Below, piece after piece: positions 18,366 to 27,840 of a DNA stretch of 32,000 bases; within the stretch, counting starts at the first letter, position 1; each line of letters begins with the position of its first letter. Made by a program: the position numbers and the translations under genes. Below the pieces are notes generated by a model. It did not search any database, had not been told where the DNA came from, and was given only the letters and a program-made list of their open reading frames with translations. The DNA is from Halalkalibacterium halodurans (GTDB taxonomy: Bacteria; Bacillota; Bacilli; Bacillales; Bacillaceae_D): positions 20,214-52,213 of the forward strand of contig NZ_SNUY01000003.1 of NCBI RefSeq assembly GCF_004376175.1. The letters run 5' to 3'.

Positions 18366-19043
18366 GTGATAGCCATTGGTGATACAATCTATCTAGAGAA
18401 AACAGGTGAACAAGGGGAGAACGAAGAGGCTGAACGTTATTATTGTCGTCTGGTTGATCGACTGAATCAAGAAATGGTGATCGATGTTCCAATCCACGAA
18501 CAGACGAAGAAACCTAGTCTTTTTCCAGAAGGAACTCCATTTCGTGCACATTTCTTAGGGAAGGATGGCGCGATGTATATATTTGAATCAACCATTAAGG
18601 AAAGAAGGCGAGAGACGATTCCAGTTCTCGTTTTTAATGATCCTGGGCCCGAAATCTATAAGCGAATTCAACGAAGGCAAGATGTGCGCGTTTCAGCAAC
18701 TGTGGATTGTGCGATTCATCCAACTGAAAACACGGCGTTTACTCCATTTCGCGCGACAACGGTTGACATTAGTGGTGGCGGCTGTGCGATTGTCCTTCCA
18801 AACGGTCGAAGCCTTCCCGGAGATGGAGAGATAGACATTGTGCTAGCCTTACATTTACAATCGAGTGATATGTTTTTCGTAGAAGCACGCTGCAAGATCG
18901 TTCGTTTACATAAGCGACATGAGGAAGCGCTCAGCCGCGTGTCCCTTCAGTTTATTTCGATTGAAGAACGTCATAAAGAGAAAATTATTCGATTTTGCTT
19001 CGAGCGTCAACTGCAAGACAAGCAGTTGTTATTTGATTCATAA
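18366..19043 (+). CDS. motI: PilZ-domain c-di-GMP receptor / flagellar brake protein (YpfA/MotI type)
   Basis: 225 aa with PilZ signatures RxxxR (QRRQDVR) and DxSxxG (DISGGG). Position upstream of cmk as in B. subtilis ypfA. GTG start behind AGAGGGGGA. Confidence 0.8.
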   Translation: MIAIGDTIYLEKTGEQGENEEAERYYCRLVDRLNQEMVIDVPIHEQTKKPSLFPEGTPFRAHFLGKDGAMYIFESTIKERRRETIPVLVFNDPGPEIYKRIQRRQDVRVSATVDCAIHPTENTAFTPFRATTVDISGGGCAIVLPNGRSLPGDGEIDIVLALHLQSSDMFFVEARCKIVRLHKRHEEALSRVSLQFISIEERHKEKIIRFCFERQLQDKQLLFDS

Positions 19044-19073
19044 AAAGCTAAATCGTGTTTTCGCAGACGAGGA

Positions 19074-19103
19074 TTAGACCATCCGCGAAGAATATGGTAT
19101 GAT
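19074..19103 (+). promoter_or_regulatory. Putative sigma-A promoter for cmk (extended -10)
   Basis: TTAGAC (19074-19079), an 18-nt spacer, then TGgTATGAT (-10 at 19098-19103). Sequence pattern only. Confidence 0.35.
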
Positions 19104-19166
19104 ATTGATTGAATAATTAGATAGATTATCCATTGAATTGTTGTCCTTAGACATTAGAGGTGTAGA

Positions 19167-19835
19167 ATGAAGAAGATGAAAATTGCAATTGATGGCCCTG
19201 CAGGGGCAGGGAAAAGTACAGTTGCCAAACAAGTGGCACAGGCGTTGTCCTTCTTGTACATAGATACTGGGGCGATGTACCGAGCGTTAACGTATGCAGC
19301 GATTAAACATCATGTTTCGCCTGATGATGAAGCATCGTTAAAATCGCTACTTGATTCGATCGAGATTAAGCTCGTGGATGAACAAGCAAAAACGAGGGTA
19401 TACGTAAATAATACAGACGTTACGGATCAAGTACGTACTGATGAAGTGACAAAGTCCGTTTCGCTCGTTTCCAGCCATGGACAGGTGCGAAAGGAAATGG
19501 TTAGACAGCAGCGACTATTAGCTGAAGATACAAATTGTGTGTTGGATGGAAGAGATATCGGTACCTACGTTTTACCGAATGCGGAACTGAAGTTTTTTCT
19601 AACAGCTACCGTAGAAGAGCGGGCAAGACGACGGTACGAAGAAAATATCCAAAAAGGGTTTAAGCAAAGCTTAGAGCAATTAATAAAAGACATTGCAAGA
19701 CGAGATGAATTTGACTCAAATCGTTCCTTTGCCCCGCTTCGGAAGGCGGAAGACGCGATTGAAATCGATACGACGAGCCTTTCCATATCTGAAGTGACAC
19801 AAACCATCATCGGCTATGTAAAGGAGCGAGTGTAG
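19167..19835 (+). CDS. cmk: Cytidylate kinase
   Basis: P-loop IDGPAGAGKSTVAK. Colinear with remembered B. subtilis Cmk (YIDTGAMYRA, LPNAE.K.FL.A..EERA.RRYEEN). Confidence 0.95.
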   Translation: MKKMKIAIDGPAGAGKSTVAKQVAQALSFLYIDTGAMYRALTYAAIKHHVSPDDEASLKSLLDSIEIKLVDEQAKTRVYVNNTDVTDQVRTDEVTKSVSLVSSHGQVRKEMVRQQRLLAEDTNCVLDGRDIGTYVLPNAELKFFLTATVEERARRRYEENIQKGFKQSLEQLIKDIARRDEFDSNRSFAPLRKAEDAIEIDTTSLSISEVTQTIIGYVKERV

Positions 19836-19838
19836 TCC

Positions 19839-20426
19839 ATGTCCATTTATTCCATTGGCAGATGGATTTGTCGGTCATATTTTCGTCTCTTTTTCAAAGT
19901 TGAAGTCATTGGCGCAAGCCGCATTCCTGACGAAGGAGGATTACTCCTTTGTTGCAACCATTTTAGCAACTATGATCCGCCGTTTGTCGGCTCGTTTTTC
20001 CCACGTAAAGTTCGCTTTATGGCAAAGGAAGAGCTCTTTCGATTCAAACCGCTCCAGTCACTGATGATGGCGGTAGGCGCGTTTCCGGTTAGACGGGGAG
20101 CAGGCGACAAACAAGCGTTAAAAGTTGGGTTGAAGCTATTAAAAGAAGGCGAAACACTCGGGATCTTTCCCGAAGGCACTCGCAGCAAAGATGGACAAAT
20201 TGGGAAAGGGCTATCTGGAGTTGGTTTCTTTGCCTTACGAAGCGATGCAACGGTAGTCCCTTGTGCGATCGTAGGTAAATATCGCTTTTTTCGAAAAGTC
20301 CGCTTTGTGATTGGGGACCCGGTCCCGATGGAAGAGCTGAAGGAGCGTAAAGCTTCCGCTGAAGAGGCCACTGAAGTCATTATGAAAGCCATTCGCAAGC
20401 TACATGAACAAAATCACATGAGTTAA
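19839..20426 (+). CDS. plsC: 1-acyl-sn-glycerol-3-phosphate acyltransferase
   Basis: Acyltransferase HX4D motif (NHFSNYD) and the FPEGTRS block. 195 aa. Confidence 0.85.
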   Translation: MSIYSIGRWICRSYFRLFFKVEVIGASRIPDEGGLLLCCNHFSNYDPPFVGSFFPRKVRFMAKEELFRFKPLQSLMMAVGAFPVRRGAGDKQALKVGLKLLKEGETLGIFPEGTRSKDGQIGKGLSGVGFFALRSDATVVPCAIVGKYRFFRKVRFVIGDPVPMEELKERKASAEEATEVIMKAIRKLHEQNHMS

Positions 20427-20506
20427 ATCTCTTTCGCATACGTGAAAGATGGTTATAAACAAAGTTAGATTTCCCTCGTTTTGTGGGTTGAAGGAGGCAA
20501 AAGTCA

Positions 20507-21658
20507 ATGGTCGAAGAAATGAACAATGAAGTCACAGAGATGAAATCTTTTTCTGTTGGAGATGTTGTCAGCGGGAAAGTGACAAAAGTCGAAGATAAGC
20601 AAGCGTTCGTCGACGTAGGCTTTAAAGTGGATGGCATCATTCCAATTAGCGAGCTTTCCAGCTTGCATGTGGAGAAAGTAAGTGACGTTCTGTCTGAAGG
20701 GGACGAGCTTGAGCTAAAAGTATTAAAAGTGGAAGATGATGAGCTCATTTTGTCTAAGCGTGCTGTACAAGCAGAAAAAGCGTGGGAAACGCTTCAAGCT
20801 GCCCTTGATTCAGGAGAAGTAATCGAAGCTGAAGTGGCAGATGTCGTCAAAGGAGGTCTCGTCGTAGATCTAGGCGTCCGTGGCTTCATTCCAGCGTCTC
20901 TTGTCGAACGTCATTATGTAGAAGATTTCTCAGACTATAAAGGACGCACTCTTCGCCTTAAAGTGGTGGAGCTTGATAAAGAAGCGAATAAGCTTATTCT
21001 ATCTCAGCGTGCCGTTCTTGATGAAGAAGTTGAAGCGAAGAAGAAAGAAGTGCTTGCATCCCTACAACCAGGTGATGTTGTTGAAGGAACGGTTCAGCGG
21101 TTAACAGACTTTGGAGCCTTTGTGGATGTTGGCGGTGTAGATGGACTTGTTCATATCTCTCAACTTGCCCACCATCGAGTGGAAACACCGGCAGAAGTTG
21201 TAAAAGAAGGAGACGCAGTAAAAGTAAAGGTTTTATCTGTAGATCCTGATAGCGAGCGCGTATCGTTATCGATTAAAGAGACATTGCCAGGTCCTTGGGA
21301 GCAAGTGGAAGGAACGATTCAGCCGGGTGATGTCATCGAAGGAACAGTTAAACGACTCGTATCCTTTGGAGCCTTTGTAGAAGTAGCTCCTGGAGTTGAG
21401 GGACTCGTTCATATTTCGCAAATTGCCAATCGCCACATCGGAACACCTGGAGAAGTACTATCAGAGGGCGAACGTGTACAAGCGAAAGTTCTAGATGTGA
21501 ACATCTCTGAAAAACGGATTTCGCTCAGCATTCGTGAACTTTTAGACGATGCTGGAAGCAATCAAAGTGACCGTGAAGTTTATGAAAGCACGAATGAGGA
21601 ATCCTCAGGTTTCTCACTCGGTGATATGATTGGTGACGAACTGAAAAAATACAAGTAA
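20507..21658 (+). CDS. rpsA: 30S ribosomal protein S1 homologue (four S1 domains)
   Basis: Four repeats of the S1 OB-fold pattern (G..V.G.V..V....AFV.V....G..H.S.L...). Position after cmk as in B. subtilis ypfD. RBS GAAGGAGG. Confidence 0.92.
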   Translation: MVEEMNNEVTEMKSFSVGDVVSGKVTKVEDKQAFVDVGFKVDGIIPISELSSLHVEKVSDVLSEGDELELKVLKVEDDELILSKRAVQAEKAWETLQAALDSGEVIEAEVADVVKGGLVVDLGVRGFIPASLVERHYVEDFSDYKGRTLRLKVVELDKEANKLILSQRAVLDEEVEAKKKEVLASLQPGDVVEGTVQRLTDFGAFVDVGGVDGLVHISQLAHHRVETPAEVVKEGDAVKVKVLSVDPDSERVSLSIKETLPGPWEQVEGTIQPGDVIEGTVKRLVSFGAFVEVAPGVEGLVHISQIANRHIGTPGEVLSEGERVQAKVLDVNISEKRISLSIRELLDDAGSNQSDREVYESTNEESSGFSLGDMIGDELKKYK

Positions 21659-21668
21659 GGATCAGTGA

Positions 21669-21700
21669 ATCGGTGGCGTTGAAACGGCCACCGATTTTTT
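21669..21700 (+). terminator. Rho-independent terminator after rpsA
   Basis: ATCGGTGGC (21669-21677) pairs with GCCACCGAT (21687-21695) and is followed by TTTTT. Confidence 0.8.
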
Positions 21701-21886
21701 GCGCATAGAAGAAGGGCGCGATCACTTGCTGCGACGAAGTGTAAAGGATCACTCGAGCCCCGATGCGGCTCTCACACTGATAGGGATTGCTCGCGACTTT
21801 TTTCTTTCCTACTAGAGCGATTAACAACAACACTGCGTTGTTTAAAAATAGCAAAAACCGCCGATACTGGGACCGAGGTGGGGTAG

Positions 21887-22498
21887 ATGAGCGGAGGCTA
21901 TTTTTTTTGGTTTGCTTGGACTAGTTGGATTGTGATTACATTTTTTATGCCAAAATCGAAAGTGCGTACAAAGCTTGCCGTCGCATTATTGCTTTTAATC
22001 ATCATGAGTGGTATCCAGTTTACGATAGGGGGGCAAGCAATTAATGCATCTGTCATTCTTTTGCAAATGGTCGGTTACTTCCTCGTGCGAAGGTGGAAAG
22101 GCACTACTCTTTTGTACGTCTGTATGGGGACATGGGTGATTGCGGCAGCCTATGCAGGTTTTCATTTTATAGAAGTATTTGATCCGGTCGTTTTAATCGT
22201 TGATCGAATATGGCTTTTGAGCCCTATTATCGCGATTCTCGTTTTGCTGTTAGCTGTCGATCGAAGAAAACGTTTCCCGTTCGTAATCCTTGGTTTTACC
22301 CATGGAGAATGGCTTGTCACGTTTGGGTTTCGTCATTCATACCATCCTATTGAACTCGGAAGCTTCGCAAGCCTTGATGTCTTGATGGTGAGCAGCTTCC
22401 TTATCGTATGCTGGAGTGCCCTTGAATGGTTGGCGACTTGGATTGCGTCTATAACCGATCGCAGAAAGCAAACTTCTTCCCATCCATCCGCATCTTAA
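21887..22498 (+). CDS. Integral membrane protein (YphA-like by position)
   Basis: 203 aa and strongly hydrophobic, with about 5-6 predicted TM segments. Occupies the yphA slot between rpsA and der. No motif recognised. Confidence 0.6.
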   Translation: MSGGYFFWFAWTSWIVITFFMPKSKVRTKLAVALLLLIIMSGIQFTIGGQAINASVILLQMVGYFLVRRWKGTTLLYVCMGTWVIAAAYAGFHFIEVFDPVVLIVDRIWLLSPIIAILVLLLAVDRRKRFPFVILGFTHGEWLVTFGFRHSYHPIELGSFASLDVLMVSSFLIVCWSALEWLATWIASITDRRKQTSSHPSAS

Positions 22499-22631
22499 CC
22501 GCTTAATGAAGGGTCGACATTTACGAGAAGTTCTAGTAAAATGAATGAGCTAGTACGTGCTATTCGCGTGAAAACATGGTTGATTTGCGTTTTCACGTTC
22601 GTTTACATAGAAGAAGAAAGGTTGAAGCTCA

Positions 22632-23945
22632 ATGTCGAAACCAGTAATCGCCATTGTAGGACGCCCGAATGTAGGGAAGTCTACAATTTTTAATCGGATC
22701 GTAGGAGAGCGTGTGGCCATTGTTGAAGACCGGCCCGGTGTGACACGCGACCGTATTTACAGTCATGGAGAATGGTTAAACCGAGAGTTTAATGTGATCG
22801 ATACCGGTGGAATTGAAATCGGTGAAGAGCCGTTGCTCGTACAAATGCGAGCACAGGCGGAGCTAGCGATCAAAGAAGCGGATGTTATTATTTTTATTGT
22901 CAATGGACGTGAAGGTGTGACAGCGGCTGATCAGGAAGTGGCAAAGTTATTGTTTCGCTCAAAAAAACCTGTCGTCTTAGGAGTGAACAAAATCGATCAC
23001 CCTGATATGCAGGAGGAGCTTTACGAATTTTATTCATTAGGAATCGGTGACCCAATCCCGATTTCTGGGGCTCATGGATTAGGGCTTGGTGATCTGCTTG
23101 ATGCCTGTGTCGAGCACTTTCCAGAAGATGAGGGAGACGATTATGATGAAGATACTATTCGTATTTCATTGATCGGACGCCCAAATGTAGGGAAGTCTTC
23201 CTTAGTGAATGCAATGCTCGGAGAAGAGAGGGTAATCGTCTCCAACATTCCAGGAACGACGCGGGATGCGATTGATACTCCATTTAGCAGAGACGATCAG
23301 GAGTATGTATTGATTGATACAGCTGGGATGAGAAAAAGAGGAAAAGTATATGAAAGCACTGAAAAGTACAGTGTCCTTCGTTCCCTTAAGGCAATTGAAC
23401 GTTCCGATGTGGTGCTTGTTGTGCTTAATGGGGAAGAAGGCATCATTGAGCAAGATAAAAAAATTGCCGGCTATGCTCATGAAGCGGGACGAGCGATCAT
23501 TATCGTTGTAAACAAATGGGATGCGGTTGAAAAAGACGATAAAACCTTGCACCGTTTTCAACAAAAAATTCGGGATGAATTTCAATTTTTGGATTATGCA
23601 CCTGTTTTGTTTGTATCAGCTAAAACGAAGCAACGGCTACAACATGTATTGCCGGCGGTTAAAAAAGTCTCGGAGAACCACAATTTGCGCGTCCCAACCC
23701 ACGTGTTGAATGACCTGGTCATGGATGCAGTGGCCATGAATCCGACGCCAACCGATCATGGAAAGCGTCTGAAGATAAACTATGTCACACAGGTCACTGT
23801 CGGTCCTCCGACGTTCGTTTTCTTTGTGAACGATCCTGAACTGATGCATTTCTCGTATGCGCGATTTTTAGAAAATCGCCTTCGTGACACGTTTGAGTTT
23901 GAAGGAACACCAATTAAAATTATCGCGCGAAAGAAAAATGATTAA
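22632..23945 (+). CDS. der: Ribosome-associated GTPase Der (EngA)
   Basis: Two tandem GTPase domains, each with GRPNVGKS(T/S), DT(G/A)G and NK.D motifs, plus a C-terminal KH-like domain. 437 aa. Confidence 0.96.
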   Translation: MSKPVIAIVGRPNVGKSTIFNRIVGERVAIVEDRPGVTRDRIYSHGEWLNREFNVIDTGGIEIGEEPLLVQMRAQAELAIKEADVIIFIVNGREGVTAADQEVAKLLFRSKKPVVLGVNKIDHPDMQEELYEFYSLGIGDPIPISGAHGLGLGDLLDACVEHFPEDEGDDYDEDTIRISLIGRPNVGKSSLVNAMLGEERVIVSNIPGTTRDAIDTPFSRDDQEYVLIDTAGMRKRGKVYESTEKYSVLRSLKAIERSDVVLVVLNGEEGIIEQDKKIAGYAHEAGRAIIIVVNKWDAVEKDDKTLHRFQQKIRDEFQFLDYAPVLFVSAKTKQRLQHVLPAVKKVSENHNLRVPTHVLNDLVMDAVAMNPTPTDHGKRLKINYVTQVTVGPPTFVFFVNDPELMHFSYARFLENRLRDTFEFEGTPIKIIARKKND

Positions 23946-23974
23946 TCTCGTAATGGATCCTTGGGGGGAGAGAG

Positions 23975-24595
23975 ATGGAATTAGGCTGGCTGCTTGTCAT
24001 CGGGAGCTATTTGCTTGGGTCAGTAAGTTTTAGTTACATTATTGCGAAGAAAATTAAAAAAGTGGATATTCGTCAACATGGAAGCGGGAATGCTGGAGCG
24101 ACAAACACTCTACGCGTGTTAGGGGTTGGCCCGGCGGTAACCGTCCTGTTGCTTGACATTTTAAAAGGGGTCATTGCTGTTGTTGTCACCGTTCAGCTCA
24201 CACCTGATGGAGATGGCTGGTTTGCAGCGGCTGCTGGTATTGCAGCCATTATCGGACATAACTGGCCGATCTATTACGGTTTTCGCGGAGGAAAAGGCGT
24301 AGCAACAACGATTGGCGTGTTAGCTAGTCTTGTGCCACTTGCAGCAGTTCTTGCCGGGGTCATTGCCATCGGATCGATTGTATGGACTCGGTACGTGTCT
24401 CTTGGATCGCTCCTTTTCGTTACACTTACGGCTCTTCTGGTAGCCGTCCTTTCACAATGGTTTGGGTACCCAGTTGCTTATATCTATTTAACGATCATTG
24501 TAGCCATCCTTTCCATGTGGCGACATAGGAGCAATATTCAACGTTTGCTAAGTGGGACGGAGAATAAGCTTGGTCGTAAAAAGGAAACAACGTAG
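23975..24595 (+). CDS. plsY: Glycerol-3-phosphate acyltransferase PlsY (acyl-phosphate dependent)
   Basis: 206 aa multi-TM protein with GSGNAGATN and HNWPIYYGFRGGKGVAT conserved blocks. Confidence 0.9.
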   Translation: MELGWLLVIGSYLLGSVSFSYIIAKKIKKVDIRQHGSGNAGATNTLRVLGVGPAVTVLLLDILKGVIAVVVTVQLTPDGDGWFAAAAGIAAIIGHNWPIYYGFRGGKGVATTIGVLASLVPLAAVLAGVIAIGSIVWTRYVSLGSLLFVTLTALLVAVLSQWFGYPVAYIYLTIIVAILSMWRHRSNIQRLLSGTENKLGRKKETT

Positions 24596-24642
24596 ATAGA
24601 AAAGATCAATTAGGCCAGTGGCGAGAGGAGAGTGGATTCATA

Positions 24643-25680
24643 GTGAAAAACGTAGCTGTCATTGGAGCTGGGAGCTGGGGAACCGCCCTTTCCCTTGTAT
24701 TGGCGGACAATGGACATCATGTAACCCTTGTGGCAAGGAGAGAGGAAATCGCACGAGAAATCAACGAACGTCATACAAATGAGACGTATTTGCCTTCCAT
24801 TGAGATCCCGAGTTCGATCGTCGCCACCTGCTCAATGGAGGAGATCATCGACGTTGAGATTATCGTTCTCGTCGTGCCGACAAAAGCGATCCGTCAAGCG
24901 GTTCGTTCATTGAATGATGTGTTGAAGCAGCCAGTGACAATCGTACATGCAAGCAAAGGGATTGAACCTGGCTCTCATTTACGAATTTCTGAGATGATCG
25001 AAGAAGAATTAGAGCCAACATTGTTAAAAGAGGTGGTCGTGTTGTCAGGGCCCTCTCATGCGGAGGAAGTGAGCTTACGACAGCCGACGACAGTGACCGT
25101 TTCATCAAAGTCTCTTTCCACGACAAAACAAATTCAAGATTTGTTTATGAATCAACAGTTTCGCGTCTATACGAATGAGGATCTGATCGGAGTGGAGATC
25201 GGCGGAGCATTAAAAAATATTATCGCTCTCGCTTGTGGTTTAACGAATGGTCTTGGGTATGGTGATAATACAAAAGCCGCGATTATGACAAGAGGACTTG
25301 CGGAAATCGGACGGCTTGGAGTGAAGTTAGGGGCAAGCCCGCTCACATTTGCAGGATTATCAGGTTTAGGTGATTTGATCGTGACGTGCACGAGCATACA
25401 TAGTCGAAATTGGCGCGCTGGACAAATGCTAGGAAAAGGAAAATCTCCAGCTGAAGTAGAAGAAAGTATGGGCATGGTCGTCGAAGGAATTCGGACGACG
25501 CAAGCTGCCCATGAATTAGCGCAAAAGCTCCAAATCGAAATGCCGATCACCTCAGCTCTCTATTCTGTTCTTTTTGAAGGGAAGAAGCCAGAGCACGCAG
25601 CAGATGAATTAATGGGACGGGTGAAGAAACATGAAATGGAAAATCTTCACGATGTCGTAAGTGATCAGAAGAACGATTGA
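24643..25680 (+). CDS. gpsA: NAD(P)H-dependent glycerol-3-phosphate dehydrogenase
   Basis: N-terminal Rossmann motif VIGAGSWGTAL. Also GALKNIIA and LSGLGDLIVTC blocks. GTG start. Confidence 0.95.
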   Translation: MKNVAVIGAGSWGTALSLVLADNGHHVTLVARREEIAREINERHTNETYLPSIEIPSSIVATCSMEEIIDVEIIVLVVPTKAIRQAVRSLNDVLKQPVTIVHASKGIEPGSHLRISEMIEEELEPTLLKEVVVLSGPSHAEEVSLRQPTTVTVSSKSLSTTKQIQDLFMNQQFRVYTNEDLIGVEIGGALKNIIALACGLTNGLGYGDNTKAAIMTRGLAEIGRLGVKLGASPLTFAGLSGLGDLIVTCTSIHSRNWRAGQMLGKGKSPAEVEESMGMVVEGIRTTQAAHELAQKLQIEMPITSALYSVLFEGKKPEHAADELMGRVKKHEMENLHDVVSDQKND

Positions 25681-25775
25681 ACCCTATAAGAAAAGAGCCT
25701 CCTAGTGCGTATTTTTGCACGAACTACCATTTGTTGCATACGATATGTTGACACCAAGATGAAGGAGGCTCCTTT

Positions 25776-26045
25776 ATGTCCCAGAACGAACGTTCTTTTT
25801 TTGATCACCTCAAAAATAAGACGAACGTTAATCCTGCCGATTTGTTCAAGCTAGCAGATTCGGTTAGTCAAGCAAATCTTCGAGATGAGAAGACAGTTCG
25901 TCAATTGATTACACAAGTGTCACGTTTAGCGAACGTGCCTGTACCGAAAGAAAAGGAAGATCAAATAGTTAAAGCGATTTTAAATAATGATGTTCCAACC
26001 GACTTAGCGTCCCTCACGAAAATGTTTAACAACACGAAAAAATAA
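25776..26045 (+). CDS. Stage VI sporulation protein F-like small protein
   Basis: 89 aa. The pattern FFDHLKNKTNV...L..LA.S...ANL.DEKTVRQLI..V.RLAN..V.KE.ED.IVKAI resembles remembered B. subtilis SpoVIF (YjcC). RBS GAAGGAGG. Confidence 0.6.
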   Translation: MSQNERSFFDHLKNKTNVNPADLFKLADSVSQANLRDEKTVRQLITQVSRLANVPVPKEKEDQIVKAILNNDVPTDLASLTKMFNNTKK

Positions 26046-26153
26046 GGGCGGCTTGTTAGGCAAATACGGAAGGCAAAAGCGTCATGATTGCATATAGTGT
26101 AGTGAACAGACACTAACATAGGGTTTGTGCTACAAGAAGGGTTTAGTCATGAT

Positions 26154-26187
26154 GGAGAAGTGTTCCCCGCTTCTCCACAATTTTTTT
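26154..26187 (+). terminator. Terminator-like hairpin after the spoVIF-like gene
   Basis: GGAGAAG (26154-26160) pairs with CTTCTCC (26170-26176), followed by ACAA and then TTTTTTT. Confidence 0.5.
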
Positions 26188-26349
26188 CTCTTGAGACAAA
26201 TTTTAAAGCAATCATGTTTTCTACTATTACCATTTTCGCTTCGATCTATGAAGCTGCTTGTGCTATACTACATAACGTAAATAGAAAATGATCCTCTGCT
26301 TGTTTCATAAAAGTGGACAAGCACGTTGCATGAAAAGGAGTTGTCCGCT

Positions 26350-26559
26350 ATGTCTGATGCGATGATGAATATGTGGATTTCATTCATAGGGCTTTTTTTA
26401 ATGTTCGTCTCGGTTGTGACCGCTATTGTAAGCCGAGAAAAATTAAGTGGGTTTTTGCAAAAGGTCGTACTCGTTTTTTCTTTTCTCTGTTTAGTCGTAT
26501 CCGGTTTGATTGTGTTTTACATTGTCATTGGGGGTCCAACATCGACCCACGGGTCGTAA
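26350..26559 (+). CDS. Small membrane protein (YphE-like by position), 69 aa
   Basis: Two hydrophobic helices. ATG at 26350 behind AAAGGAG; the track TTG at 26326 lacks an RBS. Sits in the yphE slot upstream of the yphF-like gene. Confidence 0.55.
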   Translation: MSDAMMNMWISFIGLFLMFVSVVTAIVSREKLSGFLQKVVLVFSFLCLVVSGLIVFYIVIGGPTSTHGS

Positions 26560-26599
26560 CCACTGCACCGATGATTATTACGAGTGAAAAGGTTGATTC

Positions 26600-27358
26600 A
26601 TGATGAAAATGAAGCTGACCACGTTCTTGTGTGCGCTTACGGTATTTCTTCTAGCAGGTTGCCTTTACCCAGATGATAAGCGGGCCGAAAACCAAGTTCC
26701 TTACGCAGATCAACTTGTTTCCGTTCAACAGGCAGTCGATCAATTTTATTCGGATACAGGAGTCTTACCCATTCAAACCCGTGATCAAAGCGTGATCGTC
26801 TATCAGCGGTACCCAGTCGATTTCCGACAGCTTGTGCCCCGTTATATGCAGCAACCACCAGGAAACTCATTTGAGAGTGGTGGGATCTATCAGTATGTCC
26901 TATTTAATGTTGAAGAAGAGCCAGAAGTGAAATTGATCGACCTTCGTTCACAACGCGAAATGAACCAAGTACAACGGAAGCTCAATGATTACATGCGTCG
27001 TCACACCTATGCCCCGGTAAAGGACATATTAGATGTTGGTTTGTTTAGTCTTGACTATGAGAAGTTGGGCTATAACGAAGAACCCCTTGTTCCAAGCCCT
27101 TACAGTGATACCTATTTGCCGCTCATTTTCACAAATACGGGCGAGGTTATGATTGACTACCGGCTCGAGCTTAATCGCGTATTGCAGCAAAACGAAGGAA
27201 ATGTGGAGTATAGGCCAGGTGAGGATATTCGTGATCTCCTTTTGGAAGATAGCCCGTTTGTCCCGGCATATTCCATTCCATATACGATTGACTCCAAAGG
27301 AGAACCCATTTACGATATGAGCCTTCCAAATCAATATGAGTTAGGAGAGTCCGAGTAA
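26600..27358 (+). CDS. Lipoprotein (YphF-like by position)
   Basis: Signal peptide with lipobox LLAGC. 252 aa. Occupies the yphF position immediately upstream of spoIVA. Confidence 0.65.
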   Translation: MMKMKLTTFLCALTVFLLAGCLYPDDKRAENQVPYADQLVSVQQAVDQFYSDTGVLPIQTRDQSVIVYQRYPVDFRQLVPRYMQQPPGNSFESGGIYQYVLFNVEEEPEVKLIDLRSQREMNQVQRKLNDYMRRHTYAPVKDILDVGLFSLDYEKLGYNEEPLVPSPYSDTYLPLIFTNTGEVMIDYRLELNRVLQQNEGNVEYRPGEDIRDLLLEDSPFVPAYSIPYTIDSKGEPIYDMSLPNQYELGESE

Positions 27359-27373
27359 TCGGTCTCTTTTTTT
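27345..27373 (+). terminator. Weak terminator-like hairpin overlapping the stop of the yphF-like gene
   Basis: GAGAGTCCGA / TCGGTCTC stem (one mismatch) with a GTAA loop, followed by TTTTTTT. Confidence 0.45.
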
Positions 27374-27753
27374 GTCTTTTAAGAACGCTTCCCTTCTATG
27401 AATGGATAGAAAAAACGATTGTTTCTGTCTCTAGGACGCGGCATTTAAGCGACGTTTTTTAAGCAGAGAGATAGAAAAGACGAGGAGCCGGCACCTATCT
27501 ATACGGCTTTTTCGCTACAAACGAGACGGGAAGAATAGCATCAACCGTTTCGTTTAACGACAAGCTACGTTTTTCTAATCATAAAGTGTTCAGGTCACTC
27601 ATATAGTTGACAAGAGGAAGGGGCATTCTTTTAATCGAGATGTTCATCTATGAACACAATAAAAGGAACAACCCCTTCTCGGTGGCGCGTGTCTTCGCGT
27701 TCAGATTCGTCGAAAAAAAGAATGCTTTCTTCCCGTTGAACATATCAGGTTAG

Positions 27754-27781
27754 GCATAATCAGTGGACAACATCATACATA
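27754..27781 (+). promoter_or_regulatory. Possible sigma-E-type promoter for spoIVA
   Basis: GCATAAT, a 13-nt spacer, then CATACATA (27774-27781). This resembles the remembered sigma-E consensus (ATA ... CATACA-T). spoIVA is sigma-E dependent in B. subtilis. Pattern match only. Confidence 0.3.
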
Positions 27782-27840
27782 TGATAGTGTCCTAGAAACA
27801 GGGAACGACGAATCGCAATTTTTAATCGGGAGGGGATCTC

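Noticed and set aside
19970-20748. 142-aa and 122-aa minus-strand ORFs over plsC and the rpsA 5' region
   Set aside because: They are antisense to well-supported genes, with no RBS and no recognisable motifs.
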